47,141 nt of DNA from Synergistaceae bacterium (GCA_031290235.1 JAITNX010000100.1:1-47141), one strand, 5' to 3'; positions 1 to 10,024 are shown, counted from the first letter of the stretch. Numbers and translations: made by a program. Notes: a model not told the origin generated them from the sequence alone.

Positions 1-558
1 GCCGCGGCTCATGAAGAACGAACTCCTCAGCGTCTCGGTGACCTCGCCTTCAGGGCAGTACAGGCATTCCTCCATGTCGTCGCGGCCGGCGTGTTCTATC
101 ATGCCGAAGAGGTAGTTGACGCTCTTCATCAGGGGATAAGGGCGGCCAACCGGAGTCGGCAGCACCACGACCCCCTTTTCATATTCCTCCTGGGACGGCG
201 CGGCACATTCCTCTAATATCCCGAAGTATCTCGGCTTTGGGAATTTGCCGAAATTATTTTCATCCCCGCCTGTTATGTATACTTTGGCAATACAGTCGCC
301 ATTTCCGGGGTAGTCGTCGCGTTTTGCGCCCTCCCGCACTATGTCGCGCAGCCTGTCGACTACAGTGCCGCATTCGATTCCCGCCATGGCGGCGCTCTGC
401 GCCAGGCGCTTCATGTGTTCGTCGAGCGCGAAAAGCCGCCTGTCGTATATCCTGATGCTGTCGAAAACCCCTACTCCACGTTGAATGACCAGATCTGTCA
501 CCGGCAGGCAGCACTCGCCTGTCGGGCGCCATCTGCCGTCTATAAAACATATTGACAT
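1..558 (-). CDS. Fold-type IV PLP aminotransferase (branched-chain / D-amino-acid aminotransferase family), N-terminal part; gene runs off the left edge
   Basis: Absent from the ORF track because it is open at the window edge. Minus-strand translation from ATG 558 gives MSICFIDGRWRPTGECCLPVTDLVIQRGVGVFDSIRIYDRRLFALDEHMKRLAQSAAMAGIE... The RG-GVFD-IR...H--RL pattern is typical of class IV aminotransferases. GGGGAGAG SD about 7 nt upstream. Listed ORF 260..634(-) is another, Arg-rich frame. Confidence 0.7.
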   Translation of the reverse strand, partial: MSICFIDGRWRPTGECCLPVTDLVIQRGVGVFDSIRIYDRRLFALDEHMKRLAQSAAMAGIECGTVVDRLRDIVREGAKRDDYPGNGDCIAKVYITGGDENNFGKFPKPRYFGILEECAAPSQEEYEKGVVVLPTPVGRPYPLMKSVNYLFGMIEHAGRDDMEECLYCPEGEVTETLRSSFFMSRG

Positions 559-713
559 ATCTCAACTCTCCCCATTCTTTCAGCATAAACATGGACATCG
601 AAGTTACGTCGATGTCCCGATAAGTATACAGCAAAGTCTGTATTAATGAGGCGGTTATGGTGTTAAAATTCTATTGACATACGCCGCTGGTAAGTGTCAT
701 GGAGGAAACTGGG

Positions 714-1841
714 ATGAGTTTGAGGGTTCTGGCGGTAAATCCGCGCAAATCTACGACTAAGATAGGGTTCTTTTCAGGACGCGAAGAGATCGTTTGCAGG
801 GAGATTCACCACGATGAGGCCGAGCTGTCGAAGTTTCAGTCGATGGCCGAACAATGGAGCCATAGGCTCCGCGCTCTGGAGGAGCTGCTCTCTGAGCTGA
901 AACTGTCGGCGGACGACGCGCCGACAGACGCGGTCATCGCTCTCGCGGCGCTTCCGGTTTACGCCCCCGGAGGCGCTTACTCAGTCGATGGGGATCTCCT
1001 CGATATGCTGAAAACAATAGAGCCCGAGGAAGGCCGGGCAGGCCTTGGCGCGTCCCTGGCGGATTCTCTGGCACAGCCCCGAAAAGCCCCCGCGTTCGCG
1101 GTGGCCGAAATCGCGAGCGAAGACTTGGACCCGATATCGCGGATCTCAGGCCTTCCCGAACTCCCTTTCGGCTGCGTATCTCACACTCTCAGCATAAGCG
1201 ACGCGGTACACAGGGCGTCCTACGATCTCAGCATACCTGACTCCGAATTATCGGTGGTGGTCGCGCACCTTGGCAAGGGCTTTTCGATATGCTCGCACAG
1301 GGGCGGCAGGGTTATCGACCTATCGACCTCCAATGAGCGGGGGCCGTTCTCGCCGGTCATGACTGGCTCGGCGCCCGCGGCTGAGATAATCCGAATGGCC
1401 TACAGCGGACTGTGGTCCAGGGACGCGCTGTTGGAACAGGTCAAGTTTCTCGGAGGCATGATGAGCTATACCGGCGCGTACAGCCTTCAGGAGATCGCGA
1501 TGCGCAGCATGGGCGGCGATTCCTTCGCCGGGCTTGTGATGAAAAGCATGGCGTATCAAATAGCGCAGGAGATTGCCTCTCAGTCTACCGCACTCTCTGG
1601 GCGCGTGGACGGGATAATACTCACTGGGGGATGCGCTATGGAGGAGCTCTTCGTCGATATGATAAAGGACGGCATATCCTGGATAAAGAGCCGCATCCTA
1701 GTGTACCCCGGCGAGGATGAATTGAGGTCGATGGCGAACTGCGCGTTGAGGGTCCTTATGAAGGAGGAGCGAGTCCGAGTCTGCCAGGAGGCGGTGGCTC
1801 GCCGCCCGAGCCGGCCCGACAACAAAAACGCCCCATACTGA
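714..1841 (+). CDS. buk: Butyrate kinase-like protein (ASKHA acetate/butyrate kinase family), divergent motifs
   Basis: ORF 699..1841. Blocks LRVLAVNPRKSTTKIGFF, VVAHLGKGFSICSHRGGRVIDLS, GPFSPVMTG and ILTGGCA parallel the butyrate kinase blocks INPGSTSTK / AHLGGG / GPFSPERSG / TGG. Start moved to ATG 714, with GGAGGA 7 nt upstream. Confidence 0.7.
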   Translation: MSLRVLAVNPRKSTTKIGFFSGREEIVCREIHHDEAELSKFQSMAEQWSHRLRALEELLSELKLSADDAPTDAVIALAALPVYAPGGAYSVDGDLLDMLKTIEPEEGRAGLGASLADSLAQPRKAPAFAVAEIASEDLDPISRISGLPELPFGCVSHTLSISDAVHRASYDLSIPDSELSVVVAHLGKGFSICSHRGGRVIDLSTSNERGPFSPVMTGSAPAAEIIRMAYSGLWSRDALLEQVKFLGGMMSYTGAYSLQEIAMRSMGGDSFAGLVMKSMAYQIAQEIASQSTALSGRVDGIILTGGCAMEELFVDMIKDGISWIKSRILVYPGEDELRSMANCALRVLMKEERVRVCQEAVARRPSRPDNKNAPY

Positions 1842-1957
1842 TTATTGAAAAATAATTTGATTGAATTCTCCCAATCAATGGATTTGTCTGTTAATATATG
1901 CATGACAACTTGCGTCGGGTTGCCTCAAAAAAGCAAAACTACAGGGAGGGCATTCGC

Positions 1958-3220
1958 ATGGATATAGGAAGCAAAGGCTACAAGGATCTTCTGGCAAGGC
2001 GTCCGCTCAACGTTCAGGTCCTTTATGGAAACGAACCCCTCGGATTGGTCAGCGGGCGCGATATAGCGACGTCCGCCAAGGAAACCGGGACGATAGTTTT
2101 GGCTGGCAACGCTCGCAACGCGCTGATCATCAAGGGGTTGCTCAAGGCGGCACACGAGCTGAATTCGTCGCTTTTGATCGAGCTGGCCAAGTCGGAGGAC
2201 TCATACTGCGGCACGACGTACGACAATGTAGCGGATTATGCCATGAAATACTCGGCCGAGCTTGGGCATGGGGTGATATTCGCCCTGCACGTCGATCACT
2301 ATGCCATAAAGGGCAAAGAGGACCTGATGAAGGGCGCGGGGCATTTGACTAAGATAATAACGAACGGATTCACGTCGGTGGCCATAGACGCGTCGCATCT
2401 CGATGACTACGCGAACCTTGCGGCGACCAGGGATCTTGGGACGTGGCTTCCATCGGCGATAGGGCTCGAGGCCGAGGTTGGCGAGATAAAAGGAGCCGGT
2501 GAGCTGACAACAGTGGAGGAGGCGCTCTACTTCATTGGCGGCTTGAACGCGTGGGGCGTATTCCCCGACTACCTGGCGATATCGAACGGCAGCCTGCACG
2601 GCACATACGACCCGGCGGCCGGAGTCATCGAGGGCATCGACCTCGTCCGCACGAAGGAAATTGCCGACGCGGTGGCGCCGTATGGGGTGTCGATAGCTCA
2701 ACACGGCATATCCGGCACTCCGTTTTCAAAGGTTTCCCAGTTCTCGAAGTTTGGAATCAACAAGGGCAACGTGGCGACGCTTTTCCAGAACGTGGTGTTC
2801 GGAATAAAGATGGACCCCGAGACCGGAAATGCCGTCACTGAGGGCGGGACCTATATAAAGGAGAGCGACCGGGGGATATCGGACAAGCTGTGGAACGAGT
2901 TGGTGCATGAGGCCGATTCGAAGGGGATTGGCCGCAAGAGCGGCGACTACAAGAAGCTGAATCTCCCGTTCCATGCCAAGATCCTTGCAGAGCCGGATCA
3001 CATAGTGGGCCGGATAGTGGACGAGGTTTCCGAGTGGGCGAAGCGCTTCATAAAGGCTTTTGGCGGAGAGGGCACAGCAGAGCACGTCCTCGAGGTCGTC
3101 TCCCGCAGGAGAGACCATAATTCTTCACCTGAGAGGGTCATCAGAAGCCCAAGGGCGAAGTATGGCCCAGCGGATGCGCCAAATCAGACCACGGGAAAAG
3201 GCGGAAATTTCGACGACTGA
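1958..3220 (+). CDS. fba: Class II (metal-dependent) fructose/ketose-bisphosphate aldolase family protein
   Basis: ORF 1898..3220. Motifs HVDH, AIDASH, GEIKG, SNGSLHGTY and AQHGISGTP correspond to class II aldolase metal and catalytic blocks. Start ATG 1958 lies directly behind AGGGAGGG. Confidence 0.75.
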   Translation: MDIGSKGYKDLLARRPLNVQVLYGNEPLGLVSGRDIATSAKETGTIVLAGNARNALIIKGLLKAAHELNSSLLIELAKSEDSYCGTTYDNVADYAMKYSAELGHGVIFALHVDHYAIKGKEDLMKGAGHLTKIITNGFTSVAIDASHLDDYANLAATRDLGTWLPSAIGLEAEVGEIKGAGELTTVEEALYFIGGLNAWGVFPDYLAISNGSLHGTYDPAAGVIEGIDLVRTKEIADAVAPYGVSIAQHGISGTPFSKVSQFSKFGINKGNVATLFQNVVFGIKMDPETGNAVTEGGTYIKESDRGISDKLWNELVHEADSKGIGRKSGDYKKLNLPFHAKILAEPDHIVGRIVDEVSEWAKRFIKAFGGEGTAEHVLEVVSRRRDHNSSPERVIRSPRAKYGPADAPNQTTGKGGNFDD

Positions 3221-3266
3221 GAGGATGCGGCTCTTATGGCATAACTTTGATTTAAAATTTGGCATA

Positions 3267-3297
3267 AAACCCGGTGCGACAAGTCCGGGTTTTTTTG
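3267..3297 (+). terminator. Rho-independent terminator after aldolase gene
   Basis: AAACCCGG - 10-nt loop - CCGGGTTT followed by a T-run (ccgggtttttttgtg). Confidence 0.75.
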
Positions 3298-3417
3298 TGT
3301 GCATGATTTTGCTTCATGATATATGGTATTTTTCATTCGCTATTTCCGGCGCGACTCGCCGTCTGTTTTGATGTAAAATAGTTACGGATATTGCCAAGAG
3401 CGGAGGGGAGGACTGGA

Positions 3418-4467
3418 ATGACAACATCGCCATCTTCAAGGCTCCTTAATACTTCCGAGCTAAAGCGCCTTGCCGCGGCCGATGTGTTCAAGGGGATCTT
3501 TGTCGTAAAAAGTCTCATAAAGAAGACTGACAAAAATGGGCGCCCGTACTGGGAGATCACGGTGTCGGACACGGCAGGCGACCTCGGCGCGAAGATCTGG
3601 TCCGACGCGGGGTGGTGGGACAGGTCGAACCTCGAGCTGGAGAACAAGCCCGACATGCTGACGGACGCGCAGGTAATGGACCTCAAGGGGAAGACGGTAG
3701 GAATCACCGGGAAGGTGGCTGACTTCAGGGGGCAGCTGCAGTACAACTTCAACGGCATATCACTCCTGAATCAGAGTAAGTTTCCTCCCGCGAGCTTCGT
3801 GGCCCATTCGGACGTGCCTCTGCCGGTGCTTTTGCAGCGGCTTGAATCCATAATCGAGGGCTGCGGGCTTGAAATACGTAATTTTCTCAAGTTCGTATTC
3901 AGCGGGGAGAGGGTCCGCGCGTTCGGAGACGCGCCGGCAGCGGTCTCCAATCATCACGCATACGCCCACGGCCTGTTGGAGCATACTCTGACAGTGACGG
4001 AGTGTGCCAAGATAATCGCGGCGGCGTACAGGGATTCATACCCTTCGATCGACGTGGATATCGTCGTGGCTGGAGCGCTGCTTCATGATCTCGGAAAGAT
4101 AGAGTCGTACTCCATGTCCCCGACCCCAGAGATTACTCTGGCTGGGGCGGTGCTCGATCACATTGCGCTTGGATACTCGACATACGTCAGGCTGGCGGGA
4201 GAGGCCGGTCTTTCGGATTCGCTCAGGATGCAGATCGGTCACATACTCTTGAGCCATCATGGGCAGAAGGAATTCGGATCCCCCGTGCTGCCGGCCACGC
4301 CGGAGGCGCTCATAGTATCGTCCGCCGACGAACTCGACTTTCGGCTGTTCTGCTGGAAGGACGCGGTCAAGGACCTTGCCCCGAATCAGGATATCTCGTT
4401 ATACCATTTCGCGGCTCAAAGGCGGTTCTGGAGGACCGGAGGCGGGGAGGAGAAGGGTGAGGGCTGA
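3418..4467 (+). CDS. yhaM: OB-fold + HD-domain protein, YhaM-type 3'-5' exoribonuclease family
   Basis: An N-terminal OB-like region is followed by HD motifs (HHAYAHGLLEHTL, LLHDLGK, LSHHG). Start ATG 3418 lies behind GGAGGGGAGG. The ORF track starts at TTG 3391. Confidence 0.65.
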   Translation: MTTSPSSRLLNTSELKRLAAADVFKGIFVVKSLIKKTDKNGRPYWEITVSDTAGDLGAKIWSDAGWWDRSNLELENKPDMLTDAQVMDLKGKTVGITGKVADFRGQLQYNFNGISLLNQSKFPPASFVAHSDVPLPVLLQRLESIIEGCGLEIRNFLKFVFSGERVRAFGDAPAAVSNHHAYAHGLLEHTLTVTECAKIIAAAYRDSYPSIDVDIVVAGALLHDLGKIESYSMSPTPEITLAGAVLDHIALGYSTYVRLAGEAGLSDSLRMQIGHILLSHHGQKEFGSPVLPATPEALIVSSADELDFRLFCWKDAVKDLAPNQDISLYHFAAQRRFWRTGGGEEKGEG

Positions 4468-5380
4468 GTTCCGGGGATTTGCGGCGACCCCTGATCAGGA
4501 GGGGAGAAGGCTCGACAGGGTATTGCGCGGGCTGTACGCGGACGTTCCCCTCGCCGCTATAATGAGGAAGATACGCAAGGGAGAAGTCAGGGTAAACGGC
4601 AGGAAAAGCGAGGGCGCTTGCCGTCTCGTTTCAGGCGATGTCGTCGGCGTGCCATGGGGCGAGCCGGAGATCAGGCGGCCGATTCCCGCTGCGGCCAGCA
4701 GCCGCGGCGCGAGAGGTATCGGCGGACTCAAAACGCTGCTCAGAGACGACGGGGTATGGTTTGTCGATAAGCCGGCCGGGTTACTCAGTCAGCCCGACAA
4801 AAGCACCAACGACTCCGTGATCACCAGGGCATGGGCCGAGTTGTCATGGGACAGGTCCGACTTTCGCCCAGCCCTGATACACAGGCTGGATCGCAACGTC
4901 TCCGGCGTGATGGCAATAGCCATGAACGCGCGGCTGTTGCGCTTGCTATCGGAGCTGATGAGGGAGCGTGGCATAACGAAGACCTACAGGGCCATCGTCG
5001 AGGGTTCTCCGCCTGAACGCGGGGAAGTGAACATGCCGCTTCTCAAGGATGAGTCCAGGAATATCGTCAAGGTTGACCAGCGCGGGAGAGCGGCATTGAC
5101 CAGGTACAGGACGCTGTGGAACGACGGGCGCCACGCCCTGGTGGATCTGGAGCTGGTGACAGGCAGACCTCATCAGGCGAGGGTGCATATGTCTTCGATC
5201 GGGTGTCCCATAGCCGGAGACGCAAAATATGGGGGAACGGCGGCCGGGAGGCTGCTTCTTCATTCGTACTCCCTGACGTTTCCGGACATTCAGGAGCTGC
5301 CTGAAATTTTGAGGGGGGCAGTGGTGTCGTGCGAACCACCGCTGGAATTTACCAAAATAAATAGATATATTAATGAATAG
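4457..5380 (+). CDS. RluA-family (RluC/RluD-like) rRNA pseudouridine synthase with S4 domain
   Basis: S4-like RLDRVL...VRVNGR, catalytic HRLDRNVSGV, TKTYRAIVEG and GRPHQARVH. GTG 4457 behind GGAGGAGAAGG is chosen as start and overlaps the upstream stop. The start is uncertain. Confidence 0.75.
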   Translation: MRAEFRGFAATPDQEGRRLDRVLRGLYADVPLAAIMRKIRKGEVRVNGRKSEGACRLVSGDVVGVPWGEPEIRRPIPAAASSRGARGIGGLKTLLRDDGVWFVDKPAGLLSQPDKSTNDSVITRAWAELSWDRSDFRPALIHRLDRNVSGVMAIAMNARLLRLLSELMRERGITKTYRAIVEGSPPERGEVNMPLLKDESRNIVKVDQRGRAALTRYRTLWNDGRHALVDLELVTGRPHQARVHMSSIGCPIAGDAKYGGTAAGRLLLHSYSLTFPDIQELPEILRGAVVSCEPPLEFTKINRYINE

Positions 5381-5487
5381 TCGGTTTTTTTCAGTAAATA
5401 CTACCTTACCCAACACGATGGCTGAATTACAATGTTATACAGTAATAGTTTCTGCCTGTAGCACAAAAAACCGAGGAGGTAGATAAA

Positions 5488-6765
5488 ATGTCAGTTAAAA
5501 AACGCACTTCCAAAAACGTTCTTCTCGACACCGCGCTCAATAATTTTTACGGCGCGGCTGATGAAATGGGCCTTGAGGATGATCTGGTCGAAATATTGAG
5601 CAGGCCTGAGCGATCGATAATCGTTTCGCTGCCGGTAGTGATGGATGACGGGAGCGTTCGTGTTTTCGAAGGTTACAGGGTTCAGCATTCGACTGCACTC
5701 GGTCCGGCCAAGGGCGGTTTCAGGTACCATCCGGACGTTGACATAGAGGAGTGCGAGGCGCTTGGCAGCCTTATGACGTGGAAGTGTTCACTGGCCGGCA
5801 TTCCCTACGGAGGGGGCAAGGGCGGCGTATCGTGCGACCCTCTGGAGCTGTCGACGGCCGAGAGGGAGCGCCTTACGCGCACTTTTGCGGCGCGCATCTC
5901 ACCGATAATCGGCGAGTGGACCGATATCCCAGCGCCGGACGTCAATACTGGAGCGCCTGAGATGGTGTGGTTCATGGACACTATCAGCAAGATGAGGGGA
6001 AGGCTCGAGCCGGGAGTGGTAACGGGAAAGCCGATCTCGATATGGGGTTCGCGCGGCCGCACCGCAGCGACAGGACTCGGTGTCGCCACCTGCGTCAGGG
6101 AGCTCCTGAAGACCGTGAAAATGGACGTCAAGGGTACTCGCGTCATAGTGCAGGGCTTTGGCAACGTCGGAACCTACGCCGCGCTGTCCATGTCCCAATC
6201 AGGAGCGAAGATAGTGGGCATTTCGGATGTTACCGGAGGCTACCACGCACCTGACGGCATCGACGTCCAAAAGGCTTTCGGGCATATCAACTCGCACCCC
6301 AAGAAACTGCTGGAGGGCTATTCTCAGCCTGGGCTGCAAAAAATACCGGGGGATGACATCCTGCTCGTGGACGCTGACGTACTGACGCCGTGCGCGCTCG
6401 AGGGCGCCGTGAACGCCAGGAACGCGGCCAGCATAAAGGCGAAGTATATAGTGGAGGGCGCGAATGGGCCTATAACTCCTGATGCTGACGAAATCCTGAG
6501 TTCAAAGAATATTCTTGTGGTGCCGGACTTCCTTGCGAACTCGGGCGGAGTTATAGGCTCCTACTTCGAGTGGGTGCAGAACCTGAACGGTTTCTTCTGG
6601 ACCGAGGAGGAGTACAACAGCAGGCTTATCCCCATAATGACCGATAACTTTTACAGGGTGTGGAATTATTCCCAGACGCACGAAGTCAAGATGCGCCGCG
6701 CCGCATTCCTCGTAGCGATCAAACGAGTCGCCGACGCCGTCAAGATGCGCGGCACGTTCCTGTAG
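5488..6765 (+). CDS. gdhA: Glutamate dehydrogenase (Glu/Leu/Phe/Val dehydrogenase family)
   Basis: GPAKGGFRYHP...MTWKCSLAGIPYGGGKGG signature, GFGNVG Rossmann motif, GAGGAGG SD. Confidence 0.9.
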   Translation: MSVKKRTSKNVLLDTALNNFYGAADEMGLEDDLVEILSRPERSIIVSLPVVMDDGSVRVFEGYRVQHSTALGPAKGGFRYHPDVDIEECEALGSLMTWKCSLAGIPYGGGKGGVSCDPLELSTAERERLTRTFAARISPIIGEWTDIPAPDVNTGAPEMVWFMDTISKMRGRLEPGVVTGKPISIWGSRGRTAATGLGVATCVRELLKTVKMDVKGTRVIVQGFGNVGTYAALSMSQSGAKIVGISDVTGGYHAPDGIDVQKAFGHINSHPKKLLEGYSQPGLQKIPGDDILLVDADVLTPCALEGAVNARNAASIKAKYIVEGANGPITPDADEILSSKNILVVPDFLANSGGVIGSYFEWVQNLNGFFWTEEEYNSRLIPIMTDNFYRVWNYSQTHEVKMRRAAFLVAIKRVADAVKMRGTFL

Positions 6766-6803
6766 GAACGGCTGATTTTCTTTGCGGCGTATTATTTAAC
6801 AAT

Positions 6804-6830
6804 GCCGGCGTCAATCGCCGGCTTTTTATT
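6804..6830 (+). terminator. Rho-independent terminator after gdh
   Basis: GCCGGCG-tcaat-CGCCGGC followed by TTTTTATT. Confidence 0.75.
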
Positions 6831-6845
6831 TCTGGAGGGATTCTA

Positions 6846-7907
6846 ATGGGCAGCGGCAGAAGCGTGCGTATCGGCGGGGTTCAATTTGGCGATGGGGCTC
6901 CGGTTAGAGTTGAGAGCATGTTGAAGAGCCGCCTCGATGATACGGAGTCGTGCTTGAAAGAATTGGCGGAGTTAAGGGAGGCCGGATGCGAGCTCGTCAG
7001 AGTCGCGTTCCCATCGGAGGATCTAGCCCCAAGCCTGACCGAGCTCGTGTCGAGGGCTGAAGTTCCCTTAATGGCCGACATTCACTTCAATCACAAGCTG
7101 GCTCTGACGGCGATGGAGTGCGGCTGCGGCTCAATAAGGATAAACCCCGGAAACATGAGCGGCGCGGAGGGACTGATGTCGGTGCTGGACGCTGCTAAGT
7201 CGAACGGAGTCGTCATAAGGATAGGCGCTAACGGAGGCTCGCTCAGCGGCCGCCAACTGGACGCCTGCGGCGGGGACAGGGCCCTGGCGCTCGTGCTGGC
7301 TGTGGAGGAACAGCTGGTCCCGCTCTTGAAGAGAGGATTCGAGGAAGTGATTATATCCGCGAAATCCAGCTCAGTGAATGAGACTGTCCTTGCAAACACA
7401 ATACTGTCGCAGAGGTATCCCTACCCTCTCCACATAGGCATTACAGAAGCGGGCGCCGGCATGGACGGCGCCGTAAAGAGCGCGGCAGGCCTCGGCATCC
7501 TGTTGAGCCAGGGGATAGGCGACACTATGAGGGTAAGCCTTACGGGAGATTCCAGGACCGAGGTCGATGTGGCTTACATGATTCAACGCTCCATCGGCAC
7601 GAGAAAACGGGGAGTCAATATCATAAGCTGTCCCGGATGCGGCAGAAGGCGCGTGGATGTGGCGAACCTGGAGCGGCGGACAAGGGAAATCCTGTCGGGC
7701 GTCGGAAACCTGCCGGACGGGCTGGACGTGGCGGTTATGGGGTGCGAGGTCAACGGCCCCAAGGAAGCCGCCTCAGCCGACATAGGAATAGCCGGCACTC
7801 AAAATGGGTTTGTAATGTTCAAAAAGGGCGTCGCTATCGAGACCGGCGGAATAGAGGCATTGGACCGGGCGCTCGCCGTCAGGCTGAAGGAGCTGTCAAC
7901 CGCGTAA
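6846..7907 (+). CDS. ispG: 4-hydroxy-3-methylbut-2-en-1-yl diphosphate synthase (GcpE/IspG)
   Basis: MGSGRSVRIGGVQFGDGAPVRVESM, ADIHFN, IRINPGN, CPGCGR...MGCEVNGP. Start ATG 6846 lies behind GGAGGG. The ORF-track start at 6660 overlaps gdh. Confidence 0.9.
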   Translation: MGSGRSVRIGGVQFGDGAPVRVESMLKSRLDDTESCLKELAELREAGCELVRVAFPSEDLAPSLTELVSRAEVPLMADIHFNHKLALTAMECGCGSIRINPGNMSGAEGLMSVLDAAKSNGVVIRIGANGGSLSGRQLDACGGDRALALVLAVEEQLVPLLKRGFEEVIISAKSSSVNETVLANTILSQRYPYPLHIGITEAGAGMDGAVKSAAGLGILLSQGIGDTMRVSLTGDSRTEVDVAYMIQRSIGTRKRGVNIISCPGCGRRRVDVANLERRTREILSGVGNLPDGLDVAVMGCEVNGPKEAASADIGIAGTQNGFVMFKKGVAIETGGIEALDRALAVRLKELSTA

Positions 7908-7956
7908 GCTATATGGCCATCCCGCGGAAGACGCGTCATACTGGTCCAAATTGGTA

Positions 7957-8658
7957 TCAGGTTGGAAAACTCGGACGGTAATCCTCCCAGTCCAGTTTTG
8001 TATAAATTTCCAACACTACGCGCTCGCCAGCCAAAGCGTCGAGCGCGGAGGCCGGTGAATTTTCGAGCAGCCGCCGGCTCACGCAATGATGCGAAATGGG
8101 AAGCCCGGCGCGCTCTGCCGCTTCCTCCACTATCCTTTCGCCCTCTGTCAAATGCGAGATCTCCGTCAGCGCGGCCAGGTTCGCGTTGTTGATTATTCCC
8201 GTGACTTTTAACCGGGAGGATAGTTCGACCTTGCCCAACATCTCAAGAATGTCCGGAACGCTGGCAGTCAGGGGACGGAAGGTATTGACTATGAAAAGGA
8301 CCTTCAATTTCTCAGGCGGGACCTGGCGAAATCTATGATTGTACTGTCCAAGCGCCGTCGCCCCAACCGGGTTGCCCCCTACGTCAAACACTACGCTGTC
8401 GTAATCTCCGTCGAACGCGGACGCCACAGCCGGCGCTACAACCGGGACATCTGCCGCCTCCAGCGTATACCGCGAGGCAACGAGCCGGACATTCTCACGT
8501 TCCAGCAGTTCCTTGTGGTAACCTGAGCGAAAAAAAGGGTTTACGATATCGAGATCCACGAGCATAGAGCGCTCTCCCCGGCGCGCCGCGGCAATCGCAT
8601 AATTTAAGGAAAACTCAGTTTTGCCGCTTCCATAGTTGCCGATGATTACGCTGTTCAT
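7957..8658 (-). CDS. P-loop NTPase, MinD/CooC/ParA-like (SIMIBI class), function unknown
   Basis: Walker A GNYGSGKT at residues 7-14, followed by LVDLD and FDVGGNP blocks. It is the last gene of the minus-strand cysS-oxidoreductase cluster. Confidence 0.6.
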   Translation of the reverse strand: MNSVIIGNYGSGKTEFSLNYAIAAARRGERSMLVDLDIVNPFFRSGYHKELLERENVRLVASRYTLEAADVPVVAPAVASAFDGDYDSVVFDVGGNPVGATALGQYNHRFRQVPPEKLKVLFIVNTFRPLTASVPDILEMLGKVELSSRLKVTGIINNANLAALTEISHLTEGERIVEEAAERAGLPISHHCVSRRLLENSPASALDALAGERVVLEIYTKLDWEDYRPSFPT

Positions 8659-8717
8659 GACGTCTTTATATCGAGCCCCTTATCGCCTGGCGGATCCAGA
8701 GTCAATGACGGCGGGCC

Positions 8718-9278
8718 TCATACGTCGCTGCCGCCCATTTGTTCGCTGTACAAAGCGCCCCTGTCGATGGCCTCGTGGTTGATTTCTATAATACTTGGTT
8801 TGTTTTTGAACGCGACTTTGACAAACCTCTTCAGCGCGTCGATTTCGACAATTTTCTTCCTGCTCAGCATACAGCCAAGCATAATCATATTCGCGACCTT
8901 GTCGTTGCCCATTTCTGACGCGATGTCATTGACAGGGATCCTGATGACGTCGATGTCCTGGCGGGAGGAGTCCACGTCAATCAGGGAGCTGTTGACCAGC
9001 AGGAGACCTCCTGGCTCGACATAGCTCTCGAATTTCAGCATGGAGGGGATGTTCATTACGACCCCAGTCGTGATATCCCCAGCATTCGGCATTGGGGAAC
9101 CAATGGGTTCATCCGCCACCATCACTGTTACGTTGGACGTGCCGCCCCTCACCGCTCCGCCATAAGCGGGCATCCAGCTCACCTGCCGTCCGGAATCCAT
9201 TGCTGCTTGGGCCAGCATCTTTGACATCGCCTGTATGCCCTGTCCTCCGAATCCAGCAAAGATAATTTGCTCATACAT
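8718..9278 (-). CDS. 2-oxoacid:ferredoxin oxidoreductase, gamma subunit (KorC/VorC type)
   Basis: IIFAGFGGQGIQAMSKMLAQAA...MPAYGGAVRGGTS is typical of the gamma subunit. Confidence 0.85.
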   Translation of the reverse strand: MYEQIIFAGFGGQGIQAMSKMLAQAAMDSGRQVSWMPAYGGAVRGGTSNVTVMVADEPIGSPMPNAGDITTGVVMNIPSMLKFESYVEPGGLLLVNSSLIDVDSSRQDIDVIRIPVNDIASEMGNDKVANMIMLGCMLSRKKIVEIDALKRFVKVAFKNKPSIIEINHEAIDRGALYSEQMGGSDV

Positions 9279-10023
9279 GGCCTTTGGCTCCCTTGTCTTT
9301 GAAGGTGCCCAGCTGGAAGTATGGGATCATCTGCTCTCGCACGAAGCTCATGGACTCGGATGGGCTGAGGCCCCAGTTTGTCGGGCAGGTGGACAGCACC
9401 TCAACGAGGTTGAAGCCCTTATTCTCCGCCTGGTATTGGAAGGCTTTTTTGATCGCGCTCTTTGCCTTGCGTATGTTGGCTGTCGTGTCAAGGGCGACTC
9501 TCTCCAGATAATAGCTGCCCTCGTGCGTAGCCAGCATCTCGCACACCCGAATTGGCCAACCGGCAGTCTCGACGTCACGACCGTAGGGGGCCGTCGTCGC
9601 CTTTTGTCCTGGCAGCGTCGTTGGGCTCATCTGCCCTCCGGTCATTCCGTAAATCGCGTTGTTAACGAAAATAGTGGTTATCTTCTCGCCGCGGATAGCC
9701 GCATAGTTGATCTCAGAACAGCCAATGGAAGCGAGGTCCCCGTCGCCCTGGTAAGTAAACAGGATCTTCCCTGGTTCCGCTCGCTTTGCGCCGGTCGCCA
9801 CGGCTGGAGCGCGCCCGTGTGCCGCCACGATTATGTCGAGTTCGAAATAATCGTAGCAATACAACGCGCAGCCTACGGGCGCGACTGCTATTGTCCTGTC
9901 GGCCAGACCAAGCTCCTCTATCGATTCCGCCACCAGCCTGTGTATCACGCCGTGGGTGCAGCCAGGGCAGTAGTGAAACTGCGCGTCCGAGAGCAGGGCG
10001 GTCTTCTGGAATACAGTTTCCAT
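9271..10023 (-). CDS. 2-oxoacid:ferredoxin oxidoreductase, beta (TPP-binding) subunit
   Basis: HYCPGCTHGV, TYQGDGDLASIGCSE (TPP GDG motif), VNNAIYGMTGGQ. Confidence 0.85.
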   Translation of the reverse strand: METVFQKTALLSDAQFHYCPGCTHGVIHRLVAESIEELGLADRTIAVAPVGCALYCYDYFELDIIVAAHGRAPAVATGAKRAEPGKILFTYQGDGDLASIGCSEINYAAIRGEKITTIFVNNAIYGMTGGQMSPTTLPGQKATTAPYGRDVETAGWPIRVCEMLATHEGSYYLERVALDTTANIRKAKSAIKKAFQYQAENKGFNLVEVLSTCPTNWGLSPSESMSFVREQMIPYFQLGTFKDKGAKGHV

Positions 10024-10024
10024 G

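Noticed and set aside
592-616. Hairpin GGACATCGA-agttacg-TCGATGTCC in the divergent aminotransferase/buk spacer as a regulatory RNA
   Set aside because: It is a single short stem with no U-tract or recognisable riboswitch context. It may be an operator or chance palindrome, and there is too little evidence to call it.
260-634. 124-aa minus-strand ORF listed in the track
   Set aside because: It is in the wrong frame. The class IV aminotransferase frame (1..558) has family motifs and an SD, whereas this frame is Arg-rich and extends over the promoter region.
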